Shown: positions 15,071 to 28,420 of the stretch, piece by piece
Position numbering within the stretch: position 1 is the stretch's first letter
Layout: every line of letters starts with the position of its first letter
Assembly: GCF_009914755.1 (NCBI RefSeq)
Contig: NC_060928.1
Direction: 5' to 3' (one strand)
Origin: the human T2T-CHM13v2.0 reference genome, Homo sapiens
Length of the DNA stretch: 64,000 nucleotides
Program-made: the position numbers and the translations under genes
Notes under the pieces: generated by a model
What the model was told of the DNA's origin: nothing
The model's database searches: none
The model's input: the letters and a program-made list of their open reading frames with translations, nothing else

Positions 15071-15166
15071 CTCATCAAATATAACATATCTGATCTTTTT
15101 CACCCAGTTTTGGCGATGAGGAGCAAGCAGCAGAATTTCAAAGCAGGCAGGCACTGTAATAAGTAC
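15071..15166 (-). CDS. DDX60: DDX60 exon 19 (VLITVPA...YVIFDE)
   Basis: tgtag|GTACTT ... GATGAG|gtaggt; 96 nt; first half of DEVH. Confidence 0.95.
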
Positions 15167-15469
15167 CTACAAAGAATAATATTGTGTGAAGTAACATTTT
15201 GAGCACTTACTATGTGTTGACATATTTACAGGAATATGTAAGATAGACTTATGAGTCCTGAATGTACCTGCTGATAATTGGCATATAACATTGCTTCTGA
15301 GAATTCAGGGTTTCATCAAAACTGTGCTATATTCATTGGAACCATATGAAACTGAAATTTTGTTAGGCCAAAAATGGTAGAAAATCAGATTTGAAGTTTA
15401 CATCCTTGTTTATGAACATTCAGGGTTTAAAAATAGAAATTATTCATTGTCACAAGTTTCATTCTTTAA

Positions 15470-15820
15470 AACCTGACACTGACATAGAGTTTAGATTGAA
15501 AGATGTTTATTAAGAATCAGCTAGTGTGAAAAGAGCAGGGAAGCAGGAATGAGCAGAGGGGGAAGCCTAACTGCAAGGCAGGCCTGATGGAGCCTCAGCC
15601 AACCTAGCTCGCAGTTCTGGAGTAAGGACTGCTGTCAGAGTTGTTCCACATCAAGCCACAGCAGCCCGCTGCTTATACTTCTACTTAGCTCAGTTGCAGG
15701 GTAGAGACTGTGGAGGCAGAACTGGGGGAGCTGATGGCTGGCATCTATCTTAACCACACTCCCCACATCAAGTCCTTCTTTGAAAGGCAATCTGGGTAGA
15801 ACATCTCCATGTCTACCATG
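15470..15820 (-). mobile_element. Old ERVL-type LTR (LTR16-like)
   Basis: GATGTTTATT...GAAGCAGGAATGAGCAGAGGGGGAAG...CCTCAGCCAACC pattern. Confidence 0.45.
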
Positions 15821-16306
15821 CAATCTTCTATAATCATGTGTTCATTCTTATTTAGTCTTAATTGTTGATCTGTGAGTTCATAAGGGTGAAAACTGTCTAT
15901 GATTTAACACCAGGTATACGATCCATAATACAACATTTTCTAAATCATGAGTATCCTTAATAGATACTTATGAAGAAAAAGTAATTGATTTAAAATTGAG
16001 ATTTGTTAATTTTCTATAACATAGCATTCTTCAGATCATTCTGAATCCCTTTACAAACCAAGACAATGCAATAAAATATTAATGAAATCAGAAATCCAAA
16101 GGTCAGTGTCCTTAGAGAAAGATGAGTTCTAGTTCTCACTCTTTGAAATGTAACAATATTACATTTTTTCTAAAAGTATTTTGTCTTTCATAAATTCAAA
16201 TAAATTATTTTCACAAGCCTTGTGAAGATGTTGAATTTCTAGTCAAAGAGACATACAAGTACAGTTATATAATTTGATAACACACTTATTAATTAAAATA
16301 CCCTAC

Positions 16307-16426
16307 CTGACAGTTTAAGGCATCATGACGATACTCCCTGGTGAAAACACCACAGAGAACTTCACCACTTGGCAGATTTTTCGTAAAACGATTCTGAACA
16401 GTTGCTGCCACTTGATTAACAAGGGC
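16307..16426 (-). CDS. DDX60: DDX60 exon 18 (ALVNQVA...ALNCQ)
   Basis: atcag|GCCCTT ... TGTCAG|gtaggg; 120 nt; completes PTKALVNQ (motif Ia). Confidence 0.95.
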
Positions 16427-16961
16427 CTGATTGACAAAGAAAAAGATCCATTAGTCACATAATAGAGAGAGGTGAAATATCAGAGGACAACAAGAACTGT
16501 CTAAAAGTGTGTCCTGCTTTCAGTGCAGAAAGCTTACTAACCCCTTTCATCAACCCACTACTCTAAACACACTAACATATTCTCTTTGAGATAGTTGACT
16601 CAGCACACAAATCTCATTGATAAACCTCAACCTAAAGTAAAATGGAATTTAAAAAGTATTCATCAGAAGGAAAAACAGAAAATGTTGCCTATATATCAGA
16701 AAAAAAATTGTGTCTCCTATATTTGGTGACTTTCCTCTGATGTCTAAAGTTTGAATATGTATATGTTATTTTATGTACATGTTTGTGTGTGTGTGTATGT
16801 ATGTGTATATGTATATGTATATTATTTTAGCTTCAGACACTGAAACAAGAAAATGCAGGTTAAAAAATAAAGTGAACTAGATCTACCATGTGACCATGTT
16901 CATTATTTTTAAATAGTAGGTTCAGGAATGAAAGAGAATATTATAGTCACTTGAGCACTAC

Positions 16962-17111
16962 CTTTGTGGGTGCAACGTACACGACCACCCCGTCGTCGCT
17001 CTCCTTCAGCACTTTCTCCATACAGTAGTAGGAGGCATAGGTTTTGCCTGAGGACGTTGGGGCAACAATCACTGCTGACTCATTCTTATCCACAACATCA
17101 AGGAGCTCTCG
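16962..17111 (-). CDS. DDX60: DDX60 exon 17 (helicase motif I APTSSGKT, start of motif Ia)
   Basis: tgcag|CGAGAG ... ACAAAG|gtagtg; 150 nt; Walker A motif. Confidence 0.97.
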
Positions 17112-17815
17112 CTGCAGGGTGCAGAGTACCATTCATGTCAAGAAACTGAACCGTATGTTACCAAAACAAAGACAGTATTTATAGACTTCCAATACGATTT
17201 TCTGAACCTCAAAGGATCTGTAGGTACATCTGAAGGTCTCATGTCATTCTCTCAGAAGAGATCATTTTTATGCTTTTGAACATCTGTAAGGTGGGTTTTA
17301 TGTGTGACAAATGGAGAGGATGTCTGAACAAAATATCTTATTATTGAGAAAACATCTTGTAATTATTTGCTATTTACTAAGTGCGGTTGAGAAACTAAGT
17401 TCTAAGAAAGAGACAATATGTATATTACTGATGGTGAAGAAAATAGCTGAGGAGAAGAAACATCAAACATTCTTAATTTTACTACTGATATTCTACTTTC
17501 TACATAGAAGAATGCCAGGATGAGAGAGCTCCATCCCTTCAGCCGAAGAATGTTGACTAGCCGAAGAATGATAATAAGTCTATGTAATAGGTAGAAGGTG
17601 GGAAAACAACTCAAAACCCCAACCGGTCCACTCCCGGCCACACCTCAGCGTGAATTGGGCATCAGAAGAGTTACAATGTGAATGAAATTAATGGAGAGCA
17701 TTAGTGCCTCTAGTCCTGCACTGAAGCAAGGAACCGGTCTTCCTATTCATGAAAAGGCACCATGCATTTTTTAACCTACCCCACCATCATAAGAAAGATT
17801 CTGAAGGGGGCAGTC

Positions 17816-17895
17816 TATTAGACTGAAGCTATAAAACTGCATTTCTGTAGGCAAACATGTTCAATTTATCAGCAAGTTGGTATGGTTCAATGTAT
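17816..17895. mobile_element. MADE2-like mariner MITE (a second partial copy lies at ~15330-15392)
   Basis: TATTAGACTGAAGCTATAAAACTGC...GCAAGTTGGTATGGTTCAATGTAT, an ~80-bp degenerate inverted repeat. Confidence 0.55.
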
Positions 17896-18372
17896 GTAGA
17901 AATGCATCCTTTTCTTCTAAATTTTATATCCCTCAATATTAATTTTATATACATTTTTAGAATAGCTACTATGGTGACAGATGCAATGTGTAAATATCTA
18001 AACAATTGTCCCTACTATTTAAACTATCCAAATTTCTCTATGCACTTTATATATTTACATATGAAATCCTATTGACACACGGAAAACCTGGAGGCTGCTC
18101 CATGATGATACAGCTGGATGACACTGAGATAACATCAGAGCTAAACATATGACTCCATTAATGTACCTCCAAGGAAATGGTCTATATAATAAAAGAAAAT
18201 CTCACTTTCTTTAAATGGGGAAAAAATAGTCCACATTTGACATTTTCAATAACAAAGTATCTTTAAATGACATGAACATCAAATATAACATGTACAGCCA
18301 CAATAATGAGAAACCTCTGAGATCACATATAATAAGAAAATACAGTAATTTTTGTTTCATTTGCAGTATTAC

Positions 18373-18531
18373 CTGCCATGTGTCGGGAATAAAATCCTGG
18401 ACCCTGGGATCTGGGTCTTTTCTCTCATCTCGTATCAAATAATGGCCCATGTATTGCAGTTGGAACCGAGCTGGCCCAATGCCAACTGAATATTTATTCC
18501 TTTTCTTCACTTTTACATCATTTTCTGCATC
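18373..18531 (-). CDS. DDX60: DDX60 exon 16 (DAENDVK...FIPDTWQ; Q-motif region)
   Basis: tgcag|GATGCA ... TGGCAG|gtaata; 159 nt. Confidence 0.95.
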
Positions 18532-19042
18532 CTGCATTATTTTAAAAGTCCATTTTGAAAATGACATTGAATTAGAATATCATTTAAATAAGTAAAACAT
18601 TTATTACTGAGCACTTTCTATGTGAAAAGCATTTTACCACCTTTTAAATTTAAATTTTTTAAATCATTGTCTTAACTAGGTAAAATTAGTAGACATCAAG
18701 ATTTTCAAATATACGTCATGATATTTGTGGCTACAACCTGATATATTTAAAGACAATTGAATAATCACACTAGTTTTGAGATGTTTTGCTAGAATTAAGT
18801 GCAGGGTTAGTTTTAAAGGATCTGCAGAGATTATCTGGCATTTAATCTGTTTGTCCAGGTAAGCATTTGTACAAATTTTCTCATTATGTATTACTTCAAG
18901 ATTGGGCAGTTGGGTTACTACTAATAATAGTATTTTCAGTAAAAAAAAAAAAAAAATCTGGAAGAGATGACTATCTTTGCAAAACACTTTATGTATACCT
19001 AATAATTACCCTGTTGAAATTGAGCTATTCTGATAATATTAC

Positions 19043-19209
19043 CTGGGCTGGATGTAAAGAACTTGCCAACTCATCAAATCCTAAATACTTAAGGCATCTG
19101 GCTATGAGTTGCCGATCATCTTCTTGTAAAAGTTCTGAGTATTTTTCCATCAAGGAGTGGATCCTTTTCATCACCTGAACAGCTATACTTAAATCTTTCG
19201 TGGTTTTAC
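19043..19209 (-). CDS. DDX60: DDX60 exon 15 (GKTTKDL...LHPAQ)
   Basis: tcaag|GTAAAA ... GCCCAG|gtaata; 167 nt. Confidence 0.94.
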
Positions 19210-20583
19210 CTTGATAAACAATAAACAATAAAATTGTTATAAAGACCATCAAAAATAATTCATTTGATTACCCAAGATTAATCATCTAGATGGCCTCACT
19301 ATCTCACTTGGCATTAGTGGAGGTTTTGGAGTAGAAAGGACCAAATAAAGTAAAATTGAAGTTCCACTATCCACACTTCATCATCTCTGTGGATTGTTGA
19401 GATGTAGCTATATCAGTGTTGGGAAAAAAATTGTAGTTCATAATAGAAATAAGATCAAAAAAGCTCAAGTTTGTAAAAGTTTAGGAAGAATAACAAATAT
19501 TTTCTCCATCTTTTATTTTCATATGTGCTCTACTATGTTCAAAGAAAAATATCTTTATTACTTGAAATATCTGGTTAAAACCTTAGCAACATTTATTGAG
19601 TCCTATGGTTGACCACAGATAAGTATTTGGTGTACTCATTGGAGCCCTTCAATTCAATCCACCTCTTCCAACTGTCACATTCTAGATGTTGCTAATCTCT
19701 CTCCATTGCTTTATATTCATACATACCCTTTTTGTTCCTCTGCTCTGCTAATTATTTCATACTTATTATGTCAGGGTTTCTTCTAATCAATCACCTATAT
19801 TTCACCTATTTAACAATATTAACTAACACCTACTGAATACAGTAAGAGGCTACAAAGGAAATGTAATACAGTTCATACTGATTGTTATGCACTGTTTTTC
19901 TAGGTGAGCAGTTCACTTAGAAAAACAATGCATAACACTTGATCATTCCCAATTAAGCAGCAGAAACAATAGGAGGTTGCTGGAGAGAAACAATAGGTCA
20001 GGGTGTTGGAGAGAACATGGAGGTCATGTGTTAAATGGATCAAAGTGTGGAGATGCTCAAAACTGACAGATCAACTAGGTTTGCTCAGAAGAACTGTCAG
20101 TTTGGAGGTATTATGGAACAAGATCATTTCACTTGCCGTGAGTTTACACATCTTGATGTGATCCTATTTCACCTGTATCTTCCTCTTTCTGCCTCTTCTT
20201 TTCTTTTTTACTACCTGCTATGGAAATTATAAAGTAGAGCACATGGTATCCACAGCAGCTTTGGAAGAACTCAGCGTGCCAGGGAAGCATGAATACAGTG
20301 TTACCCAAAAAAGAAATGTTTACTCATTGGTCTCAAAGGTGAATGACAGATTCTTCCTGGGTGCCTCATCGTTTTTGTTGGTTCCCTTAACCACGCCCAC
20401 AACCTTATAAGTTGTTCTTTTTGCACCCGTCTTTGAAGGTGCTTATGGATGTGCTATATATTTGCCCTTGGGACCCTCTCTGAGATTTCATTGCTCATTG
20501 ATAAAATACAAAATTGTCCTTTTATTGGTGGTGTCAGGGATCTGAGCTAAACTGTGGTTCAAAACTATTAAATGAAAATTCCA

Positions 20584-20864
20584 GGCCGGGCGCAGTGGCT
20601 CACACCCGTAATCCCAGCACTTTGGGAGGCCGAGGCGGGCAGATCACAACGTCAGGAGATGGAGACCATCCTGGCTAACATGGTGAATTAGCCGGATGCG
20701 GTGGTGGGCGCCTGTAGTCCCAGCTACTCAGGAGGCTGAGGGAGGAGAATGGCGTGAACCCAGGAGGCAGAGCTTGCAGTGAGCCGAGATAGTGCCACTG
20801 CACTGCAGCCTGAGCGAAAGAGCGAGACTCCATCTCAAAAAAAAAAAAAGAAAAAAAAAAAAAA
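20584..20864 (+). mobile_element. AluY with central A-rich linker deleted
   Basis: ...CATGGTGAA|TTAGCCGG...; TSD GAAAATTCCA. Confidence 0.93.
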
Positions 20865-21570
20865 GAAAATTCCAGAAATACATAAATCATATGTTTTTAA
20901 ATTGCACACCATTTTGAGTCGTGTGATGAAATCTCGCACCATCTCACTTCATCCTGCTCAGGACATGAATCCTTCCTTTGTCCCCCATGTTCACACTGTA
21001 GACACCACCTTCCCATTAGTTACTTAGTAGCCACCTTGATGATCAGATTGACTGCATTGATGCCTCAGTGTTGGTGTTCAAATAACCCTTCTTTTACTTA
21101 ATAGTGGCCCCAAACTGTAAAATAAGTGATGTTGGCAATTCAGATATGCCAAAAAGAAGCCATAAAGTGCTTTCTTTAAGTGAAAACATGAAAGTTCTTG
21201 ACTTAATAAGTGAAGAAAAACTCATATGCTGAGGTTGCTAAGATCTACAGTCAGAAACAATCTTTTATCCATGAAGTTGTGAAGAAGAAAAAAGAAATCC
21301 GTGCTAGTTTTGCTGTTGCACCTCAAATGGCAAAAGTTTTGGACACAGTGTTTGATAAGTGCTTAGTTAAGATAGAAGGTGGAAGACATGAATAGAAAAT
21401 ATTTTCCAGGTGATGGAAACATGTTGCACCTGAAAGCATTGAATCTGTATGAAGACTTCAACAAGGCATCCTCTGAAATGAGTGACAATGACCCATTTTC
21501 TTCAAATATAGGATGGTTACACAAATTCAGGAATAGGTTTGGACTGAAAAATATAAAAAATACTGAAGCG

Positions 21571-21878
21571 GGCCGGGCTCAGTGGCTCACGCCTGTAATC
21601 CCAGCAATTTGAAAAGCTAAGGTGGGCAGATCATGAGGTCAAGAGATCGATGATCCTGGCCAACATGCCAACATGGTGAAATCCCATCTCTAGTAAAAAT
21701 ACAAAAATTAGCTGGGCATGGTGGTGTGTGCATGCAGTCCCAGATACTCAGGAGGCTGAGGCAGCAGAATAGCTTGAACCCAGGAGGCGGAGGTTGCAGT
21801 GAGCAAGATCACACCACTGCACTCCAGTCTGGTGACAGAGCGAGGCTCCATCTCAAAAACAGAACAAAACAAAAAAAC
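21571..21878 (+). mobile_element. Alu (Sc-like) inside Tigger7 transposase
   Basis: Full dimer; small internal duplication GCCAACATGCCAACAT. Confidence 0.93.
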
Positions 21879-22999
21879 TACTGACTGAAGAGGCTCCATC
21901 TGCCAATGAAGAAGCTGCTGCCACATTTCTGGCAGAGTTGAAGAAGTTGGTTAGAAAGAAAGGATACCATCCAAAGCAAGGTTTTAATTGTGATGAAACC
22001 AGGCTCTTCTGGAAGAAGATGCCCAATAGAACCTACACATTCATAAAAGTCCAAAGGAGGCACCAAGACATAAAACATGGAAGGACAGAGTAACCCTGGT
22101 ACTAGGTGGCAATGCTGCAGTGCATATAATAAAGACAGGCATAGCATACAGACTGAAGAAGACATACACTCTCAAAAACAAAAGCAAAAATTATCTTCTT
22201 GTGTTCTGGCAACATAATCAGAAAGTGTGAATGACAGCCAACATTTTTATGGAATGGTTCTACCAATGCTTCTTCCCAGAAGTGAAAAAATACTTGAAAG
22301 AGGAAAGCTTGGAATACTAGACAATGCACCTAGCCATCCCAAATCTGTTTTTGTTGAAAATGAAAACATTGAGATTGTATTTTTACCTCCAAATACAAAC
22401 TCACTGCTTCAGCGCCTTGACTATGGCATCATTCAGTTTGCCAAAGCCACATACACCTGCCTGGTGTTTGATTACATTCAATCAGCAATTGATGCAGACC
22501 CTAATCTGGACATGATAAGGTGCTGGAAATTATTCACTATTGCTGATGCAATAACACTCACCAAAGATGCAATGGATTAATTAAACCCAAAAACTATAAA
22601 TGCCTGCTGGAAGAATTTATGGAGTAAAGTCCTGAGTGATATTCGAGACTTCCTGGGGATCAATGGAGAAGTTAGGAAAATAATTCATGCAGCAAGACTG
22701 ATTGATAGAGAGAGATTTGCCAACGTGTTTGATAAAGAAGTGAAACAACATATTGAAGTTCATTAGGAAATGTTAACAAATGAGGAAATGGAAGAACTTA
22801 TTGAGTCATCTAGGGAGGAAGATGAAGAACCTGAAGCAGAACCTGAATTTGCTGAAGTGTTTCAAATTACATGGATATTAAAAGAAAAAATATGGAATAC
22901 AATTCTCAGATGGAACACAGCATTAAAGTCACCCATATAATCACAAAAGAATGGCAACCTTCACAGAGACACTTTGATGAGTTAAAAAGTGACAACAGT

Positions 23000-23093
23000 G
23001 GCTGGGCGCAATGGCTCACGTCCGTAATCCCAGCACTTTGGGAGGCCGTGGCAGGTGGATCACAAAGTCAGGAGTTCAAGAGCAGGAGTTCAA
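23000..23093 (+). mobile_element. Alu left-arm fragment (3'-deleted)
   Basis: GGCTGGGCGC...CAGGAGTTCAAGAGCAGGAGTTCAA, then Tigger7 resumes. Confidence 0.9.
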
Positions 23094-23362
23094 AGAAATT
23101 AAACTTTATCATAGGTATGTATGCATAGGAAAAAACAATATACATGGCATTTGGTACTATCCACAGTTTCAGGCAACCATTGTGGGTCTTAGAACATACC
23201 CCCGGCAGGTAGCGGGAAACTATTGTAAAGGTAATAATGTATAAAGTAAGATAGGGCATGTAAGTCTTCTAATGCAAATTTCCAGTTAACAAATGGCAAC
23301 TATCATCATTACATTTGTATTAATTCTCCAACTCACCGAAATAACAAAACAGAATTACATAC

Positions 23363-23618
23363 CTTCTTCACTTCGGCAATGTTCTTTCCAGGCTTTCAAG
23401 CAAGCAGTTAACCCCACCATTTCAACCTGAAGTTTCACACAGCTACTTTTACAGGATTTCAAAAAATCTTCCAGGCTCTTTATTCCAGAGTGTAAATTTT
23501 CTTTCAATTGCTCTTCAATAGAAAATGACAAAGCATTCCACTTTTGCTCTTCCTTTTGTTCTTCCCTGGCAAATAACCTTTTCTTATTCTCTCTAGCAAT
23601 TATTTCAGCCTTGGTCTC
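23363..23618 (-). CDS. DDX60: DDX60 exon 14 (ETKAEII...CRSEE)
   Basis: ggcag|GAGACC ... GAAGAAG|gtatgt; 256 nt; matches ORF 23355..23639. Confidence 0.95.
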
Positions 23619-23866
23619 CTGCCCCAAAGGAAAAAACATCTCTTAAGACAAGTTGAAAATATTCCAAGATAACAGGTCATGAGTGAGACAATATTATGGG
23701 TGTATTGAAGACTTTGACCATCATCCCATTTTGAGTAGATGTGAAAAATTTCTTTTTTTCTTTTGGAAATTAAGCCTCTGTTAATTTATAACTTAAGACA
23801 ATTTAATTTAGGGAGTGTAAAGGCTCTCTGTAGATAATTTTCTAGATTTCTGAGTGGTGTGGTTTA

Positions 23867-24233
<367 letters not shown>

Positions 24234-26473
24234 TCATTTCTCCATGCTATGATATCTGCTGCTCTCTCTGGAATCGCCTGTCCTCTTCCATTCTTCCCAC
24301 ATCACCTCCCTGTTCTCTACTTGTTTATGATATTTCCTCCATGAAGCTTTCCCTGACTCTCCCAAGTCGAAGTCATGTATTCTTCCTCTGCTCAGACACC
24401 TATTGAAGCACTCATTAACATAAACTGTAGTTGTAATTTCATTTGCCATTCCTCCTCTCTTGATTGAGATCCTTGAGACAGGAATGTGCCTTTGTTGTCT
24501 GTATGTCTCAAGCACAAAGCATTTAGTCCATAATGTTTGATGAGTGAATAAGGAAAGAGGAAGAAGAGGAGTGGATAAGAGGAACAACACAAATACAACT
24601 GATTTGCTCTTCCTCAATAAGCACTTCCAATTAACTTAAACATAGTATGGACCCACTTTTACTATGCTTTTACCAACCTGACTCATTAATCTACAAAGAC
24701 AAATTAGAGAATTGTTGTATTAGCAAGAGGATTCCAACACATTTTCCACACTTCTGGTTAGTCACGAAATTAATATGTAAATGCCTGCCTATAATGAAGT
24801 CAAGTTTAGTTGTCATCACTCTCTAAATTAGAAACAAATAATTCTAATCAATAATATTTGAGTTTTCCCAGTGTTTAGTCTTCCTAATTTGCTGTGTTGG
24901 GCCAATTTAGCATGGTTCTGTTTCAATAGTACAAGGGTTACCTTTGACCCTTTGCCATGTAGATTTTTCTATTTTCATACATTGTATTATGTAACAAGAA
25001 TTTCTGCAAATTTACCATTTCATAACATCTCTCAAAACAACAACAACAAAAAAACTGAAAAGCAGTAGCCTTTTGTCACCCATAATAAAAAAGTAAATGT
25101 TTAATTAAGTAGTCTCACTGACAATACAATTGGCTATAAAAATGAAAAGGAGGAGAGAAACAACGATCACACAGTTGGGCTCAGAGAGGCTTCTCTTTGG
25201 CTCTTAAAACAAAAGATGGGACAGCCCAACTGCTTAAACTTTTGAAGCAGTTCAAGAATAGAGGCTTCACAGAACATGTGAGAACCTTTTAGAGTAATTT
25301 GTGATTATTTTTTGAAGTTATCCTGAGTAGAAAATACAAGAACTTTTTTGATAAGTCCTTGAACTGATGAACTATCTGTCTCTCGGAGTTCTGAAAATGT
25401 CCACTGAAGGCTTGACAAAGAGATGCACATTTTCCTGATCTTGCCAAAATTTTCGCAAAAGTAATTATTCAGAAGTGAAAATAAAAATATTTTTTGAGGT
25501 CTTTATATGTTCCATTCCTGATAACTTCACCACGTTTATTTCAATTTGTTAAGGTGGATATGTGACAAATACCTTTATTTGTGATTGGTTTTGTTAAGTT
25601 GGTACTTTCTCTAATATACTAAAACCTTTCATCTTGAGAGAAACTTTTTTGTGAAAATTAATGCCATTTCCAAAACCCCAACTTTGAGGCCACAGAAAGA
25701 TACTAAAGCCTGATGAGTTTTCCATTTGTTTAAGATGGAAACCATTTATGACCTGCCTCTAAAGTCAGATAATCAGAAAATTCAGTTTTAAAATAAAAAT
25801 ATCTGTACTTAGACATTAATGTTTCAGGAATTATCAACTGATAATTTTAGATCATAAACTATTAGTATTATTATTCCAGAAATAGATTGGAACTTTCCTT
25901 ATTTACTCCTTGTATTCCATCCCCAGTTACGTCTCCCAGGAAAAGAGTAGAAAAATGACATCCCAAGAAGGAAAAAGGTAAGTTTGCAGGAGTACAAGCC
26001 ACACAGAAAGAGGGAATGGAGAGTTCTAACCTTCCACTCAAAAAATGTGTTGGATTAATCAATCATTTAAATACTTTGGAAAAGTGTAAACACTCTTTAT
26101 AATTTAGAAAAAAAGTAGATAAACATTTCATATCCATTTTTACTACCTATATGAAAAAGATTTTCACTGTCATTAATGAACAACTATATTTTTAACGTTA
26201 GTTTAAAATTTCTAAACTCAAAACTTTAGTCACTTAATTATTCTTCAAAGAGATACATATGTTATTATGTATAGAATATCATTACAACTTTTTTATGAAG
26301 GTTAGGCTTTTTCAGCAAGAGGTAAAAGAATAAGTAATCATATACAAAAATATATGCATATAAATATCAAGAAAAGGCATTATATAAAAAGAAACCACCA
26401 AAGGGATAACACATATCAACCTGATAAAAGAAAAGGAAAATTTTTTTAATTGGATAGAATTTATAGAACCTAC

Positions 26474-26634
26474 GTGTGCCTTTTTGCTCTTGGGCCCACT
26501 AAAATCCTTCTTTGACTTAATAGTTTGAGTCACGATGATTTTCGAAGAGACTGTTTCTAATGAATTCCCATAAAACCGTTGGAAAACATGATACTTTTGC
26601 ACAGATCTAAGAACACGAGGGTCTCTAGATTTTT
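26474..26634 (-). CDS. DDX60: DDX60 exon 13 (EKSRDPR...KSKKAH)
   Basis: ttcag|AAAAATCT ... GCACAC|gtaggt; 161 nt. Confidence 0.94.
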
Positions 26635-27847
26635 CTGAAAAAGAAAAGACTTAAAATGTAACTTTATTGTAGTTTTTCAATAGCATTCTCATCAATTCTT
26701 CATATTATTCCACATCCAGTAGTTAAATTAGTGGAAAAGTAATTTAATCTCATTATCTTTCTTAAAGAGAGAACGTAAAATCAAGTTAATAATTCCTTTT
26801 CTTATTTAAAAGATGGAAGTGACAAAACACACTTTCATGGTCTACCTCCTAAATTAGGTATCAGGTGCAACAAAAAAAATGACGGATTCCATTCATTACC
26901 TATGTCCTGTGCCCTGTGAATTAGTTTAAGAAGAAGGTAGAGGCAGAGTGAAGAAGACAACCATCTAAGATATTCTGACTTCTTGTATCACTGGATAGAA
27001 AAAATCCTTACTCCGGACCATAGCCATAGAGCCAGAGCCCAGAGCATGGCAGCTAAAATGGTAAAATTTAATAACATAAGATGCCCCCAAAGTCAAGATA
27101 TGCCTTACTCCCTTATCTCCATAAAAACTGTAATACTCACAGTAATGAAATAACTAAGCTGATTAATTTTTCTATGTCTGTAACTACACATATCACACCA
27201 GACCACTCCGAAGCATGTTAATGGTTCATCTAAAGTATCCCCCCACACCTTGGTCATTATTTACATACCCAGGTACTTCACAGGAGCATACTTGCTATGC
27301 CTACTCCTAGGTTATTCTCAGAGTAAGTTTTGTCAACTCTAACGGGGCTGGGGGTAAGCATAGGGATACAGAAAGTTGAGATGAAGACAAGATCCCAAAT
27401 TCAGTCTCTGTTGATCCACTGTTAGTGGTTTCATGGGCCTCCTTCTGTAGTTTCAACCACCCTGAGCATGAAGGCAGATAGAATGCTGGTGCTTGTTACA
27501 TGCAGCCAATCGGGTGTTATCAAACAGTTAAAATTGCTTGAAAGACTATGGTCTCAATATATATGACTCCAAGGAATACATACATTGCTTAAACTACAAA
27601 CCATCTTTCCTTGAAACAACTTCTAGCACTTCCTCCTAAAACACATACATATCTACATACGTACGACTGTCAATAAAGAGAGAGAGAATTTTTCATTACC
27701 ATCTTTCCCAATGCACATCTAAATATCTTGTAGACTATTTTCATTCAAAAAAATTTAATTTGTGTCTTATGATAATTTTCCACTATAAAATAAGAGGCAG
27801 AGAGTAAAGTAGATTTAAATTTATATCACTGGAGTCACAGAGCTTAC

Positions 27848-27963
27848 CATCAAACTGACACCTGGACCTGTCATAATCATCACTCAGGGGTTTATGAGAA
27901 TGCCAGTGCACAAGTTCATCAAATTCCTTTTGTTTAACCAGTGAAGTAACAATAGGATCATCA
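27848..27963 (-). CDS. DDX60: DDX60 exon 12 (SDDPIVT...RCQFD)
   Basis: cacag|TGATGA ... TTGATG|gtaagc; 116 nt. Confidence 0.94.
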
Positions 27964-28420
27964 CTGTGAGACAAAAAAAGGCATATTTTAAATTGCACAC
28001 TTCCAAATATAACACAGCACAGATTTTATTTTATAATGTTTTTGAAAATCATAGTTCCCCTTCTTCTTTCTGCAATATGATGTGGGTGGTAGACTCCAAA
28101 CAGCAGTTTATTAGAGGTTTAATAAATCAAAATCTACTCCATGTCTCTAACAGTCCCATCAATATCAACTAATAGGCATTCATTAATTCATTAATTTAAA
28201 ATATGCAGCTGTAGTGATTTATTCTAAGATTAAAAACTATACAGATTTTTACATAGTAATGGCCAAAAGGCATTGAAAATTTTGATTTTAAATTCATTAT
28301 GTATTACAAACACATACTACATGTAATGTACTCTAATCGTCTGCATTTCAAATAATCCTCGTTGAGTAACTCATGTATTCCACACAAGTATTTATTGAGG
28401 CACAGTTTTTGGCCTTATAC

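Larger units (their letters stand above)
20550..23227 (+). mobile_element. Tigger7/MER44-family (Tc1/pogo) DNA transposon, near full length with decayed transposase, interrupted by three Alus
   Basis: Transposase remnants GWLHKFRNRFGL (CENP-B HTH), NCDETRLFWKKMPNRT and LDNAPSHP...FLPPNTNSLLQRLDYGII (DDE_1); 3' terminus ...GGGAAACTATTGTA; 5' TIR missing. Confidence 0.85.

Noticed and set aside
17541-17570. AGCCGAAGAATG repeated twice
   Set aside because: Simple short tandem duplication with no further structure.
21210-22580. Possible domesticated Tigger transposase gene (TIGD-like)
   Set aside because: Multiple frameshifts and stops, plus an Alu in the middle of the coding region; a fossil.
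25100-25800. Unassigned intron-13 stretch that might be a cryptic exon or decayed coding sequence
   Set aside because: The minus-strand frames I translated give short unrecognisable peptides; exons 13 and 14 join in frame without it.
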